Source: an uncultured Anaerolineales bacterium | GTDB taxonomy: Bacteria > Chloroflexota > Anaerolineae > Anaerolineales > UBA6663 | Length of the DNA: 64,000 nt | Assembly (NCBI GenBank): GCA_964608265.1 | Contig: CAZSNP010000016.1 | Location: forward strand, 5,566 to 69,565 | Direction of reading: 5' to 3' | In this document: positions 39,453 to 48,192 of the stretch, piece after piece | Layout of the letters: each line of letters starts with the position of its first letter | Position numbering within the stretch: position 1 is the first letter of the stretch | Translations under genes and position numbers: made by a program | The notes under the pieces: generated by a model | Told to the model about the DNA's origin: nothing | The model's database searches: none | What the model saw: only the letters and a program-made list of their open reading frames with translations

Positions 39453-39467
39453 ACTCAACTCCTGAAA

Positions 39468-40238
39468 ATGTCGAGCGATTATAGCACGCGCGAATCGGGC
39501 AACTCCGTCGAGGCCCAACCGGTCGCCGCCAACACTGTCGGTGACAACGAATGGGTGAAGGTCAACCCACCGCCTGAGGCATTGGAGCTGCGGGCCGAGG
39601 TCGTTCCCCCGGAGGCGTTGCCGCCGGCCGAGCCGCGGCCCGCCGAAGAGACCGCGCTCGCGCCGGAGCCGCCCCTCGCCATCGAGCTGCCCTCCACCTC
39701 ACTCAGCCTGGAAGCACTGGTGGAGAGTTTGCTGTTTGTGGCCGATGGCCCGGTGCCGGTGGCGCGCCTGGCCGAGGCGCTCGAGGCCAGGCCGCAACAC
39801 ATCGAGGCCGCGCTGGAGGCGTTGGGCCGGCTGTACGCCGATCGCGGTCTGAGCCTGCAACGCGCCAAAGACAAAGTTCAACTCACCACCGCGCCGGCCG
39901 CCGCCGACCACGTGCAGCGCTTCCTCGGGCTGGCGGCCTCCGCGCCGCTGAGCAAGGCCGCCCTCGAAACGCTGGCCATCATCGCCTATCAACAGCCCGT
40001 GACCCGCCCGCAGATCGAGGCGGTGCGCGGCGTCAACTCGGATAGCGTCATCAAGAACCTGCTGACGAAGGGCCTGGTCGAGGAGTCGGGCCGCACCGAA
40101 GGGCCGGGCCGCCCGGTGCTCTACTCCACGACGGCGGAGTTCCTGCAGCACTTCGGCCTGGCCTCGCTCTCCGATCTCCCGCCCCTCAACCTCGACGGCC
40201 TCAAACCTGCGCCACCGACCGAAATCCTGAAGGGCTAA
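39468..40238 (+). CDS. scpB: SMC-Scp complex subunit ScpB
   Basis: LEALVESLLFVA, LSKAALETLAIIAYQQPVTRPQIEAVRGV, GRPVLYSTT.EFL.HFGL.SL.DLP. True start uncertain. Confidence 0.93.
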   Translation: MSSDYSTRESGNSVEAQPVAANTVGDNEWVKVNPPPEALELRAEVVPPEALPPAEPRPAEETALAPEPPLAIELPSTSLSLEALVESLLFVADGPVPVARLAEALEARPQHIEAALEALGRLYADRGLSLQRAKDKVQLTTAPAAADHVQRFLGLAASAPLSKAALETLAIIAYQQPVTRPQIEAVRGVNSDSVIKNLLTKGLVEESGRTEGPGRPVLYSTTAEFLQHFGLASLSDLPPLNLDGLKPAPPTEILKG

Positions 40239-40270
40239 GGCCGTCGGCCCGCGCGGCGTATAATCGCCGT

Positions 40271-41656
40271 ATGAGCCTGGCCGCGCGCGTCCGCAACTTC
40301 ATCGAACAGCGCGGCTTGCTGCGTCCCGGCGACGCCGTCGTCGTCGGCGTCTCGGGCGGGCCCGATAGTCTGTGCCTGCTCGATGTATTGTGCCGCCTGG
40401 ATTGGAGATTGACCGTGCACGCCGCGCACCTCAATCACGGGCTGCGGGCCGAGGCCGGGCGTGAGGCGGAGTTCGTCCGGGCCGAGGCCGCTGCGCGCGG
40501 GGCGAGCTTTCATCTCGCCTCCGTCGACACCCGCGCGTATGCCTCCGCCCACCGGCGCTCGGTTGAAGAGGCGGCCCGCGAGCTGCGCTACGACTTCCTC
40601 GCCCAAGTGACTGCGCAAACCGGCGCCCAAACTATTGCCGTCGCGCACACCGCCGACGATCAGGCCGAGACCGTCCTCATGCACTTCCTGCGCGGCAGCG
40701 GCGTGGCCGGGTTGAGGGGGATGCTGCCAAAATCAGGCAAGGGCGAACAGCCGGTTATCGTCCGCCCGCTGTTGATTGCGGCCCGGTCCGAGGTCGAGGC
40801 CTATTGCACCGAGCGCGGCCTTCAGCCGATGCGCGACCCCACCAACGCCGACACGACCTACTTTCGCAACCGGCTCCGGCATGAACTGCTGCCCGCGCTC
40901 GAAATGTACAACCCCAACATCCGCACGACGCTGGCGCGGACCGCCGAGGTGATGGCGGGCGAACACGAGCTGGTGCTGCGAGCGGTTGACGCGCTGTGGG
41001 ATGAGATCGCGTGCGCCGGGACTGAGGCCATCACCCTCCATCGAGCGCGGTGGCGAGCGCGGAGCGTGCCCGAGCAGCGCGCCTTGCTGCGGCGCGCCGT
41101 TCAACTCCTTCGCCCCGGCCTGCGCGACATTGATTTCGCCCCGCTGGAGGCCGCGGTGCGCTTCAGTCGCGATGCGCAGACTGGCCGTGTGTGCGACCTC
41201 GCCGATGGTCTGTGCCTGGCCGTTGATTACGAGTCTATTGTGCTGCGTGAGTGGTCGGGCGTTACCCTGGAGGCGGCGGTGCCGCAACTCAAGGCGGATG
41301 GCCGGCTGGCCGAGGGGTGGGAGTTCCGGGCTTTTCCGGTGGCCGGATGGTCGCCGGAGGAGTCAACGCCATGGCGCGTCTTCGTGGATGCACGGGCACT
41401 GGCTCAGCCGGTGGGCCTGCGTCGCCGGCGCGATGGAGACCGCTTTCAGCCACTGGGGTTAGCCGGGCACCACATCAAGGTTTCCGACTTCCTCATCAAT
41501 CGCAAAATCTCCGCTCCGCTGCGCGCCGGTTGGCCGCTGGTCGTGTGTGGTGAGGCCATCGTATGGGTGGCCGGACTGCGCCTCGATGAGCGCTTCAGAA
41601 TCACCGACGCCACTCAGGCCGTCGTCGGTCTGGAGTTCGGGCGCACTCCCGTGTGA
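40271..41656 (+). CDS. tilS: tRNA(Ile)-lysidine synthetase
   Basis: GVSGGPDS, HLNHGLR, EEAARELRY, AHTADDQAETVL, RNRLR and the TilS C-terminal domain. Confidence 0.96.
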   Translation: MSLAARVRNFIEQRGLLRPGDAVVVGVSGGPDSLCLLDVLCRLDWRLTVHAAHLNHGLRAEAGREAEFVRAEAAARGASFHLASVDTRAYASAHRRSVEEAARELRYDFLAQVTAQTGAQTIAVAHTADDQAETVLMHFLRGSGVAGLRGMLPKSGKGEQPVIVRPLLIAARSEVEAYCTERGLQPMRDPTNADTTYFRNRLRHELLPALEMYNPNIRTTLARTAEVMAGEHELVLRAVDALWDEIACAGTEAITLHRARWRARSVPEQRALLRRAVQLLRPGLRDIDFAPLEAAVRFSRDAQTGRVCDLADGLCLAVDYESIVLREWSGVTLEAAVPQLKADGRLAEGWEFRAFPVAGWSPEESTPWRVFVDARALAQPVGLRRRRDGDRFQPLGLAGHHIKVSDFLINRKISAPLRAGWPLVVCGEAIVWVAGLRLDERFRITDATQAVVGLEFGRTPV

Positions 41657-41686
41657 GGCAGTGTCGCACTCTCCGCTGAGGCTCGG

Positions 41687-42019
41687 ATGCAACCAAAGTT
41701 CAACGTCTGGCTTGAAAAGAATAACAAGGTCGTGCTCAGCCCGTGGCGCGTCAGGCTGCTCGAGGCGGTGGCCGAGGCTGGCTCCATCAGCGCCGCGGCC
41801 GAAAAGTTGGGCGTGCCGTATCGCCGCTGCTGGGAGAAGTTACGCGAGATCGAGCACGGCCTCGGGGCCAAGGTGATCGAAACCGCGGTAGGCGGCTCAG
41901 GGGGCGGGGGCGCGCACCTCACCGCCGTCGGGCAGCGCGCCGTCGAACAATTCCACGCCTTCTATGATGGCCTCGACGACGAGGTTGAGCGCCGCTACCG
42001 CGCCGTCTTCCAGGCCTGA
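41687..42019 (+). CDS. ModE N-terminal-type winged-helix transcriptional regulator (no molybdate-binding domain)
   Basis: RVRLLEAVAEAGSISAAAEKLGVPYRRCW, GGSGGGGAHLT. Confidence 0.88.
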   Translation: MQPKFNVWLEKNNKVVLSPWRVRLLEAVAEAGSISAAAEKLGVPYRRCWEKLREIEHGLGAKVIETAVGGSGGGGAHLTAVGQRAVEQFHAFYDGLDDEVERRYRAVFQA

Positions 42020-42070
42020 CTTGTGGCGACGGATTGTGTCACAACGTGGGCACACACGCTTTGTCAGTGA

Positions 42071-42192
42071 CAGCCGCATCCTGAGGGGGTCGCAGCGGAT
42101 GAACGTTGCGCGCGGGCGCTTTCGCCCGCGCAGTCGAGAGACACGCACGACCCCCGCACCGCGGCTTGCGTGCGCGGTGAGATAGCGGACTG
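42071..42192. ncRNA. Candidate structured RNA (three-way junction), identity unknown
   Basis: Closing stem 42071-80/42181-92; GGGGGTCG/CGACCCCC; 9-bp and 7-bp terminal hairpins; lies between convergent genes. Confidence 0.45.
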
Positions 42193-42210
42193 AGGCCTCA
42201 AAGAAAAAAA

Positions 42211-42410
42211 CGCTCTAAATTGGTTTCAAGGAGGTACGTGTCACCCCGAGCGAAGCGGGCGTTCGCAGAACGCACGGTCTCTACCCAAGCCCGGCGCGAT
42301 TTGCGGCCAGCCAGAGATGCCGCGATGCCGTCGTTACGAAGTAACGCCGCATCGTCCGTCGCTCCGCTCCTCGGCATGACATTCGACCTCCCTGGTTTCA
42401 ATAAAGAGCG
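42211..42410. mobile_element. 200-bp non-autonomous MITE-like element with imperfect terminal inverted repeats and a 9-bp target-site duplication
   Basis: AGAAAAAAA at 42202-42210 and 42411-42419. The ends CGCTCT..GGAGGT..TGTCA / TGACA..ACCTCC..AGAGCG match at 18 of the first 25 nt. Internal hairpins; no ORF. Confidence 0.7.
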
Positions 42411-42412
42411 AG

Positions 42413-42434
42413 AAAAAAACGCGCCACCGGCGCG
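42413..42434 (-). terminator. Intrinsic terminator of the Xer-like gene
   Basis: On the minus strand: CGCGCC-GGT-GGCGCG followed by T7. Confidence 0.75.
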
Positions 42435-42470
42435 CCTCCATCCCATGCTCATCTGTGTGATTGCCCGGCA

Positions 42471-43418
42471 TCAAATCCCCGGCTGCACCAGCTTCTTCAG
42501 CTTCATCCCGATCTCGCGCCATTGAATCCTGCTCAGCCCCATGCGCTGCCGGATGCGGTCATAGTCCATCCCGGCCCGCGCATCGCGCACCATGCACGTC
42601 CAGCGGCACATCTCAAAAGAGATGTGTTTGTCGAGGCCGGCGGCCACGGTCACATCTTCCAGCAGGTATTCGAGGCGGCGGGGCGAATACGGGAACACCT
42701 TCTGTTCCGGCGCATATTCGGCGACGTAGGCATTGTAGACGTTGATCCAACTCGTCTCGAGCCGCAGCTTGCGCTCCTTGTACCGATTGCGCGTTTCGTT
42801 GTAGCGCACCCACAGCACCGGCTCCGCGGGGTTGGAGAGATCAATGTGGTTGAGTTCGAGGTTGAGGCACTCACTCTTTTTGATCCCGGTTTGCAACAGG
42901 AGCGAGAGGAGCAGATACGGGCGGATGTCGGGCTTTTCCGCGCGTGCCCACAGGCTCTGGGCCGCCGTGCGCGCGGTCTCGACCTCGGCCTCGGTGAGGA
43001 AGGCGGGCAGGGGGCTGATGACGGTTTGCTGCACGATGGGGAGCGCCGGGTCGCCGGGCAGCACGCCCGCGGCCTCGAGCCAGCGGAAGAACGCCTTGAG
43101 GGAGGTGACGCGCCGGGCGTAGGTTTTCGGGCTGCGGCCCAGTGCCCGTTGCTGCTCGAGCCACTTCTCCAAGTCGCGCGTGGTGATCTGGTTCAGCCCG
43201 CGTCCCCCGCCGAGGAAGGCGGCGAAGAGATTCAGGTCACCGCCAAACGATTTGACCGTGTTCTCGCGCGCGCCCTCACGCCGCATGTGCGCGCACCAGG
43301 CTAGGATGGCGGCCTTCAATGACGAGGCGTCGTGCAGCGCGCTTACGGGGCGTTGTTTGGCGGGCGGCGAGGCTTCAGCGGTCGGCACGCTGAAGAGCGG
43401 CAGTTGCTCGATCATCAC
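42471..43418 (-). CDS. XerC/D-like tyrosine-recombinase-fold protein with degenerate active site
   Basis: SAM-like N-domain (NTVKSF..DL..F, SPKTYARRVTSLKAFFRWL); catalytic domain reads TGIKKSE, SFEMCRWT, MGLS, with no C-terminal Tyr. Confidence 0.9.
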   Translation of the reverse strand: MMIEQLPLFSVPTAEASPPAKQRPVSALHDASSLKAAILAWCAHMRREGARENTVKSFGGDLNLFAAFLGGGRGLNQITTRDLEKWLEQQRALGRSPKTYARRVTSLKAFFRWLEAAGVLPGDPALPIVQQTVISPLPAFLTEAEVETARTAAQSLWARAEKPDIRPYLLLSLLLQTGIKKSECLNLELNHIDLSNPAEPVLWVRYNETRNRYKERKLRLETSWINVYNAYVAEYAPEQKVFPYSPRRLEYLLEDVTVAAGLDKHISFEMCRWTCMVRDARAGMDYDRIRQRMGLSRIQWREIGMKLKKLVQPGI

Positions 43419-43549
43419 GCCGCTACTGTAGTCTGAATCGAAAAGAATGCAAATGAAGCCGGACGCGAGCGCGGATTTCGTTGGCCCTTATCTCCGGGCC
43501 TCGCTCCGCCCCGCTCGGCATGCCACCACCCAGAATGCACCCGCGGGCG

Positions 43550-46500
43550 TCAGGCCTGGGCTTTGGCGTATACGCCGTTGGTCGGCGTGTGCACAGGCAG
43601 GACGACGTTGAAGGTGCTGCCCTTGCCCGGTTCGCTCGTCAACCAGATGCGACCACCGTGCGCCTCGACCAGGGCCTTGGCCACCGACAGACCGACGCCC
43701 GTATCCCCTAGCCCGGCGATGAGAGGCGCATCGGCGCGATAGTGGCGGCTGAAGACGCGCGGTTGATCTTCGGGGGCGACGCCGCCGCCGGTGTCCTTCA
43801 CGGCGATGAGGAGGCCCGAACCGCCGGCGCCGGCTTCGTTGTGCACCTTGAGCATCACCTCGCCCTCCACCCCGGAGGCGTTGCCGGCGTTGCTGAGCAG
43901 GTGGGTGAAGATCTGCCGCAGCGCGTCGCGGTCGGCGCTGACGGCCGGCAGGTTGTCGGCGACATCGAGCCGCAGGTTGATGCCCTTCTCGCGGAACTGC
44001 GCGCCGCAACTGAGGATGGCATCCTCGACGATATCGAAGATGTCGAGGCTCTCGGGCACCAGTTGCAGCGTGCCGGCATCGATATCCGTCACGCGGATGA
44101 GGTCGTTGAGCAGGGCCTCCATGCGCTCGCACGAGGCCTTGATGCGCTCCATGAACTTGCGCTGCAACACGCCCAGGATGCCGACCGACTCGCCGAGCAG
44201 CAAATCCGAATAACCGACGATGGCGGCCAGCGGCTGGCGCAACTCCTGCGACAGCGAGATGATGATCTCCATCGAGGCTTCAGGCAGGAAGGGTCGCGAG
44301 GCCTCCGCCGCCGAGCCGGACGGCGCAGTGAGGGAGGCCTGCATAAGTTGCAGTTGCTGTTCCTTGTCGGCCAGGTCTTTCTGTACCAGGGTGAGGGCGT
44401 GCGTTTGATTGGAAAGCTCGGCCAGCGCCGCCATGGCGTCGGTCAATTCGCGTTCCTTGGTCGCCAACTGCGTCTGCGAGGTGCGCAGGGCCGCTTGCAC
44501 CTCGGCCAATTGCGCGCGCGCGGCTTGCGCCTCGGCTGTGCCGGCCTGGGCCTCCGCCAGTTGCTGATCCTTGCGCGCCAGCGCCGCCTGGGCCTCCGCG
44601 AACTGCGCCCGCATCGTTTCGAATTGCGCCTGCAACCCGGCCAGCTGCGTCATCTGTGCAGCGGCGGCCAGGGCAGCGGCGAGTTCGCCCTCTTTGGTTG
44701 CGAGCAGGGCCCGGGTCTGAGCGAGTTCGGCGTGAGCGGCTTGCAAGCGCGCCTCGGCCTCGGAGGTGGCGCTGCCTTTCCCGGTCAGCCGCTCGATCTC
44801 GAGCCGGGCCTGCTCCAGGTCAGCCCGCAAGCCCTGTTCCTGTTGCACCACAAAATCGTAATCGAGCTGAAGGGTATCGGCGTGAGCTTGCTGAGCTTCG
44901 AGCTTTTCGCGCAGTTCGGTGATTTCGACTTCGAGGGCGGCGCGCGCCTCGGCCAGCGGCTTGGTCTTCTCTTTGACCTCGGAGTGCGCCGCGGCCAATT
45001 CCTGTTGGGCGCGCTCGTACCGTTCGCGCCACTCGGCGGCGGCCTGACGTTCCGTATCGAGCCAGTTGGCCCGCAACTGCGTCACTTCGCTTTCGAGCTG
45101 AGTTCGCTGCGTCGTGACCTCGGCCAGTTCGAAGCGAAGCGTCGCCATCTGTTGCGTCAGGGATTCGACCTGGGTGCGCCACTCGGCCGCCTGCGCCTCG
45201 TCGGCCTGCATCAGCGAGCGCAGTTGCTCCAGCTCATCCTCCAGCTCGGCCCGCCGCGCTTCGGCGGAGCGCAACGCGGCCTGCACCCGCTCGATCTCGG
45301 CGGATTGCGTGCTGAAGGCCGAGGCGTTGGCGCGGAACGGCTCGAGTTCCGAGCGGAACTCATTGCGCTGGCGTTCGGCCTCAGCCAGGCGGTCGTTGAG
45401 GCGCTCGATCTCGGCCTGCTGCGCCTCCAAATCCTGACGCTGCGTTTCCAGTTCGAACTCGGCCGTCTCGAGTTTCTCGCGCAGGTCGTCATCGGTTGCA
45501 GTGGCGGCAGCAGCGGCGGCGGCGACCGGCATCGCCGGCATCTCCAGCCGCAGCTGCTGAATGTCCTGATTCAGCCGCAGCGCTTCCGAGCGCGCATCCT
45601 CCAGCGCGATCCGGAGTTGATCGGCTTCGAGGCGGGCGGTGCGCCGCGCATCCTCGGCGGTCGCGGCCTGAGCCTGAACTTTATCGAGGCTGCGCTGCAT
45701 GCGGTTGAGTTTGCCGTCGCTGCTCAGCACATCGGCCAGCGGGTCGCGGAAGGCAGACAGCAATTGCTCGTCGTCGGCTGTCCAGTCTTTGCGCGTCCCG
45801 CCCGGCAGGCCCATCACCAGCAGCGCGCTCACGAGTTTGTCGTTCAGCCGCAGCGGCAGGACGAGCGTCGGCCCGGTTTGCCCGAGGTTGACGGCGTTGG
45901 TGATGCGCCGCACCTCGGCGGCGTGCTGCTCGGGCGCGATGCGAGTGGGGCTGGGGGCCTCGAGCGCGGCCCGCAAGCGCGGCAGGTCGTTGATCGGCAG
46001 CGGCGCGCCGGGCAGGTGTTGCTCCCTGACCCGATGAAAGGCGTTTTGAACCGCGCTCGCGCCCAACTCATCCGGCGGCGCAATCAACATACACAGATCG
46101 GCGCCACTGGCGTGGGCGACGGCCTCGGTGACCCGCCCGGCTAATTCCTCGGCGTTGGCGGCGGTGTTGAGGCCGGACAGCGCGGCGATCACTTTCGGAT
46201 CGAGGCGCGCCCGGGTCTCGGTCGGCGCGCTGGGGGCGGCCGGCGCGGTCAGCGGCGTGGCCTGGGTTACGGTGGCCGACGGTTGCGCGTTGACCCGGCG
46301 ATAGACGAGCGCCGCGAAGAGCGGCATCGCAATGAGTTCGAGATAGCGAACCGCAAACGGGAACTGCGCCTCGGGTTCGAATTTCAGCGAGTGAAAGACG
46401 TAACCGGGCAGCAGCACCACCAGCACGGCCAGCCCGAGGGGCCAGTTGTCCCGGCGGCGAACGGCGATCAACAATCCACCGGCTACGATGAATACGATAT

Positions 46501-46999
46501 GGGCGAGGAGCCAGCCGCTCTCCCACACGTTATTGGGGTTGGTGTAATACCCGAGGCCGCGATAATCGTTGTTGGCCCAGGCCAGCGCGCTGACCACTCC
46601 GACGGTGAGTGTCAGCAGGCTCAGCCCGAACAAGAGCAGAATATCCGCCCAGCGATCGGCCTGAGGAAAGGCGGCGATCCACACGATCAGCAGCAGGGCC
46701 AGGGCGCTGGCCGTGCGCACGAGCACCGGACTGACGAGGGCGCTGTCGAGTTGCAGCGCTCCTCCCCAGCCCAATAAATCCAGCACGAAAGGCGGGAGCA
46801 GCGCGGCGAGGGCAAGCAGAAACAATCCGATCGCGGCGAACGCCAGACGGGCGCTCACCCAGTTGCGGTCGCGCCACCAGCCGCTGAGGGCGATGGCCGA
46901 GGCCATGCCCAGGACAAAAATCAGGGCGTAGTGATAGAGAAGGCTGAGGGGGAATTCGCCGATCTCGGCGAGGAGGGTAGTCAGGGCTTCAGCCGACAT
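43550..46999 (-). CDS. Membrane sensor histidine-kinase-like protein: about 7 TM, GAF-like domain, long coiled coil, HisKA-like (His replaced by Gln) and HATPase_c
   Basis: H-box SQELRQPL; N-box LLSNA; G1 DTGGG; G2 GVGLSVAK; AHGGRIW. Ala/Glu/Gln/Leu/Arg heptad-rich region at residues ~430-890. Confidence 0.9.
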   Translation of the reverse strand: MSAEALTTLLAEIGEFPLSLLYHYALIFVLGMASAIALSGWWRDRNWVSARLAFAAIGLFLLALAALLPPFVLDLLGWGGALQLDSALVSPVLVRTASALALLLIVWIAAFPQADRWADILLLFGLSLLTLTVGVVSALAWANNDYRGLGYYTNPNNVWESGWLLAHIVFIVAGGLLIAVRRRDNWPLGLAVLVVLLPGYVFHSLKFEPEAQFPFAVRYLELIAMPLFAALVYRRVNAQPSATVTQATPLTAPAAPSAPTETRARLDPKVIAALSGLNTAANAEELAGRVTEAVAHASGADLCMLIAPPDELGASAVQNAFHRVREQHLPGAPLPINDLPRLRAALEAPSPTRIAPEQHAAEVRRITNAVNLGQTGPTLVLPLRLNDKLVSALLVMGLPGGTRKDWTADDEQLLSAFRDPLADVLSSDGKLNRMQRSLDKVQAQAATAEDARRTARLEADQLRIALEDARSEALRLNQDIQQLRLEMPAMPVAAAAAAATATDDDLREKLETAEFELETQRQDLEAQQAEIERLNDRLAEAERQRNEFRSELEPFRANASAFSTQSAEIERVQAALRSAEARRAELEDELEQLRSLMQADEAQAAEWRTQVESLTQQMATLRFELAEVTTQRTQLESEVTQLRANWLDTERQAAAEWRERYERAQQELAAAHSEVKEKTKPLAEARAALEVEITELREKLEAQQAHADTLQLDYDFVVQQEQGLRADLEQARLEIERLTGKGSATSEAEARLQAAHAELAQTRALLATKEGELAAALAAAAQMTQLAGLQAQFETMRAQFAEAQAALARKDQQLAEAQAGTAEAQAARAQLAEVQAALRTSQTQLATKERELTDAMAALAELSNQTHALTLVQKDLADKEQQLQLMQASLTAPSGSAAEASRPFLPEASMEIIISLSQELRQPLAAIVGYSDLLLGESVGILGVLQRKFMERIKASCERMEALLNDLIRVTDIDAGTLQLVPESLDIFDIVEDAILSCGAQFREKGINLRLDVADNLPAVSADRDALRQIFTHLLSNAGNASGVEGEVMLKVHNEAGAGGSGLLIAVKDTGGGVAPEDQPRVFSRHYRADAPLIAGLGDTGVGLSVAKALVEAHGGRIWLTSEPGKGSTFNVVLPVHTPTNGVYAKAQA

Positions 47000-47215
47000 A
47001 CGGTTTGCATACGCCGAATCGAAAATCCGTGCGGATTATAGCACACGGTTTAAGGATGATTTGAGCGTGCAAGAGTCATGCGCGTCGCCCGATCTGGTTC
47101 GGCGCGAAGTTGCGGCTGAGGTAAAATCCCGCCCGCAGTCCAGGCGTAAGGGTGCCTTAATCTTTGTATGCCACCCTGTTTGAGTGAACATAGTCTGGAG
47201 CGTGTATAAACTCCG

Positions 47216-47815
47216 ATGAGTGCCGACAGGCCCCCGGCCGAACTTGACCAATGGATCCGACGCGGCTCAGCCGGCGAAGAGCCGGCCTGCGCGGCGCTGT
47301 TCGATCATTACTATCCGCAGGTCTTTCGGCTGTCGTTGGGCCTCCTCAACGATTGGCACGACGCCGAGGAAGTTGCGCAGGACACGTTCGTGTACGCGCT
47401 GAAGAACCTGGCCCGCTACGACGCCACCCGCTCAGCCTTCCGCACGTGGCTGTTCACCATCGCCCTGAGCCGCTGCCGCAACAAGCGCCGGCGCAAGTTC
47501 TTCGAGCTGCTGCCGCTTGAGTCGCTGGCCGCCGACAGCGTGCCGGTGCCGCGCGAAGTCGAGTCAGCCCTCGACCGGCGCGGCCTGAAGCGACAAATGT
47601 GGCAGGCCCTGCAGGCGCTCTCGCCCCAGTTGCGCGAGGCCGTTGTGCTGCGGTATCTCGGCGAGATGCGCTTCAAGGAAGTCGGCGAGGCGTTGGGCTG
47701 CAACCCGAAGACGGCCGAATCGCGCGCGCGGTTGGGCGTGGCGGCGATCCGCAAACACCTCCGCAGCAGCAGCCTGGGGTGGGAGACGGCCCTGAGCGAA
47801 ATGGCGGCCTGGTAA
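47216..47815 (+). CDS. ECF-type RNA polymerase sigma-70 factor
   Basis: DAEEVAQDTF, FRTWLFTIALSRCRN, LSPQLREAVVLRY, region 4.2 KTAESRARLG. Confidence 0.93.
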   Translation: MSADRPPAELDQWIRRGSAGEEPACAALFDHYYPQVFRLSLGLLNDWHDAEEVAQDTFVYALKNLARYDATRSAFRTWLFTIALSRCRNKRRRKFFELLPLESLAADSVPVPREVESALDRRGLKRQMWQALQALSPQLREAVVLRYLGEMRFKEVGEALGCNPKTAESRARLGVAAIRKHLRSSSLGWETALSEMAAW

Positions 47816-47819
47816 ACAA

Positions 47820-48188
47820 ATGAGCTTGCAATCCGACGACCCAACCCTCCGCGTCCTGGCGAGCGCGGTGAACGACATCCACATTCCGGCGCGAGCGGCC
47901 TGGCTCACCGTTCGGGCGACGATGCGAGCGGCAGTCATTCCGGCCCCGCGGCGTTTTGCGCTTCGCTCGGTGATGGCGAGCGTGAGCGCCATCGCTGCCT
48001 TCTTCGTTTTTTCGCAGGCCAGCCTCATCAACGCGCTGGCCGACCCGACGGTGACCGCCGGCTTTGTGCCCGCGCCGCAGGTCGCACTCAGCACGCCGGT
48101 TGCCAGTGTTGCGCAGCCCGCCGCCACGATGACGCCCCAGCCGGGCACCAATGTGGCCCCGATCCCGTTGCCGCCCGATCGCAGCTAA
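47820..48188 (+). CDS. Small single-TM protein, putative anti-sigma factor
   Basis: Starts 4 nt after the ECF stop; one hydrophobic segment and a Pro/Thr-rich tail. Confidence 0.65.
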   Translation: MSLQSDDPTLRVLASAVNDIHIPARAAWLTVRATMRAAVIPAPRRFALRSVMASVSAIAAFFVFSQASLINALADPTVTAGFVPAPQVALSTPVASVAQPAATMTPQPGTNVAPIPLPPDRS

Positions 48189-48192
48189 TCAC

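Noticed and set aside
42020-42200. Moco/tungsten riboswitch or hammerhead ribozyme next to the ModE-like gene
   Set aside because: It lies downstream of both flanking genes. I could not find the Moco consensus, and CTGAGGG is not CUGANGA and has no matching GAAA core on the same strand.
42471-43418. Prophage or integrative-element integrase
   Set aside because: Catalytic residues are missing; no adjacent tRNA or att repeat, no phage or conjugation genes, and no evident compositional shift.
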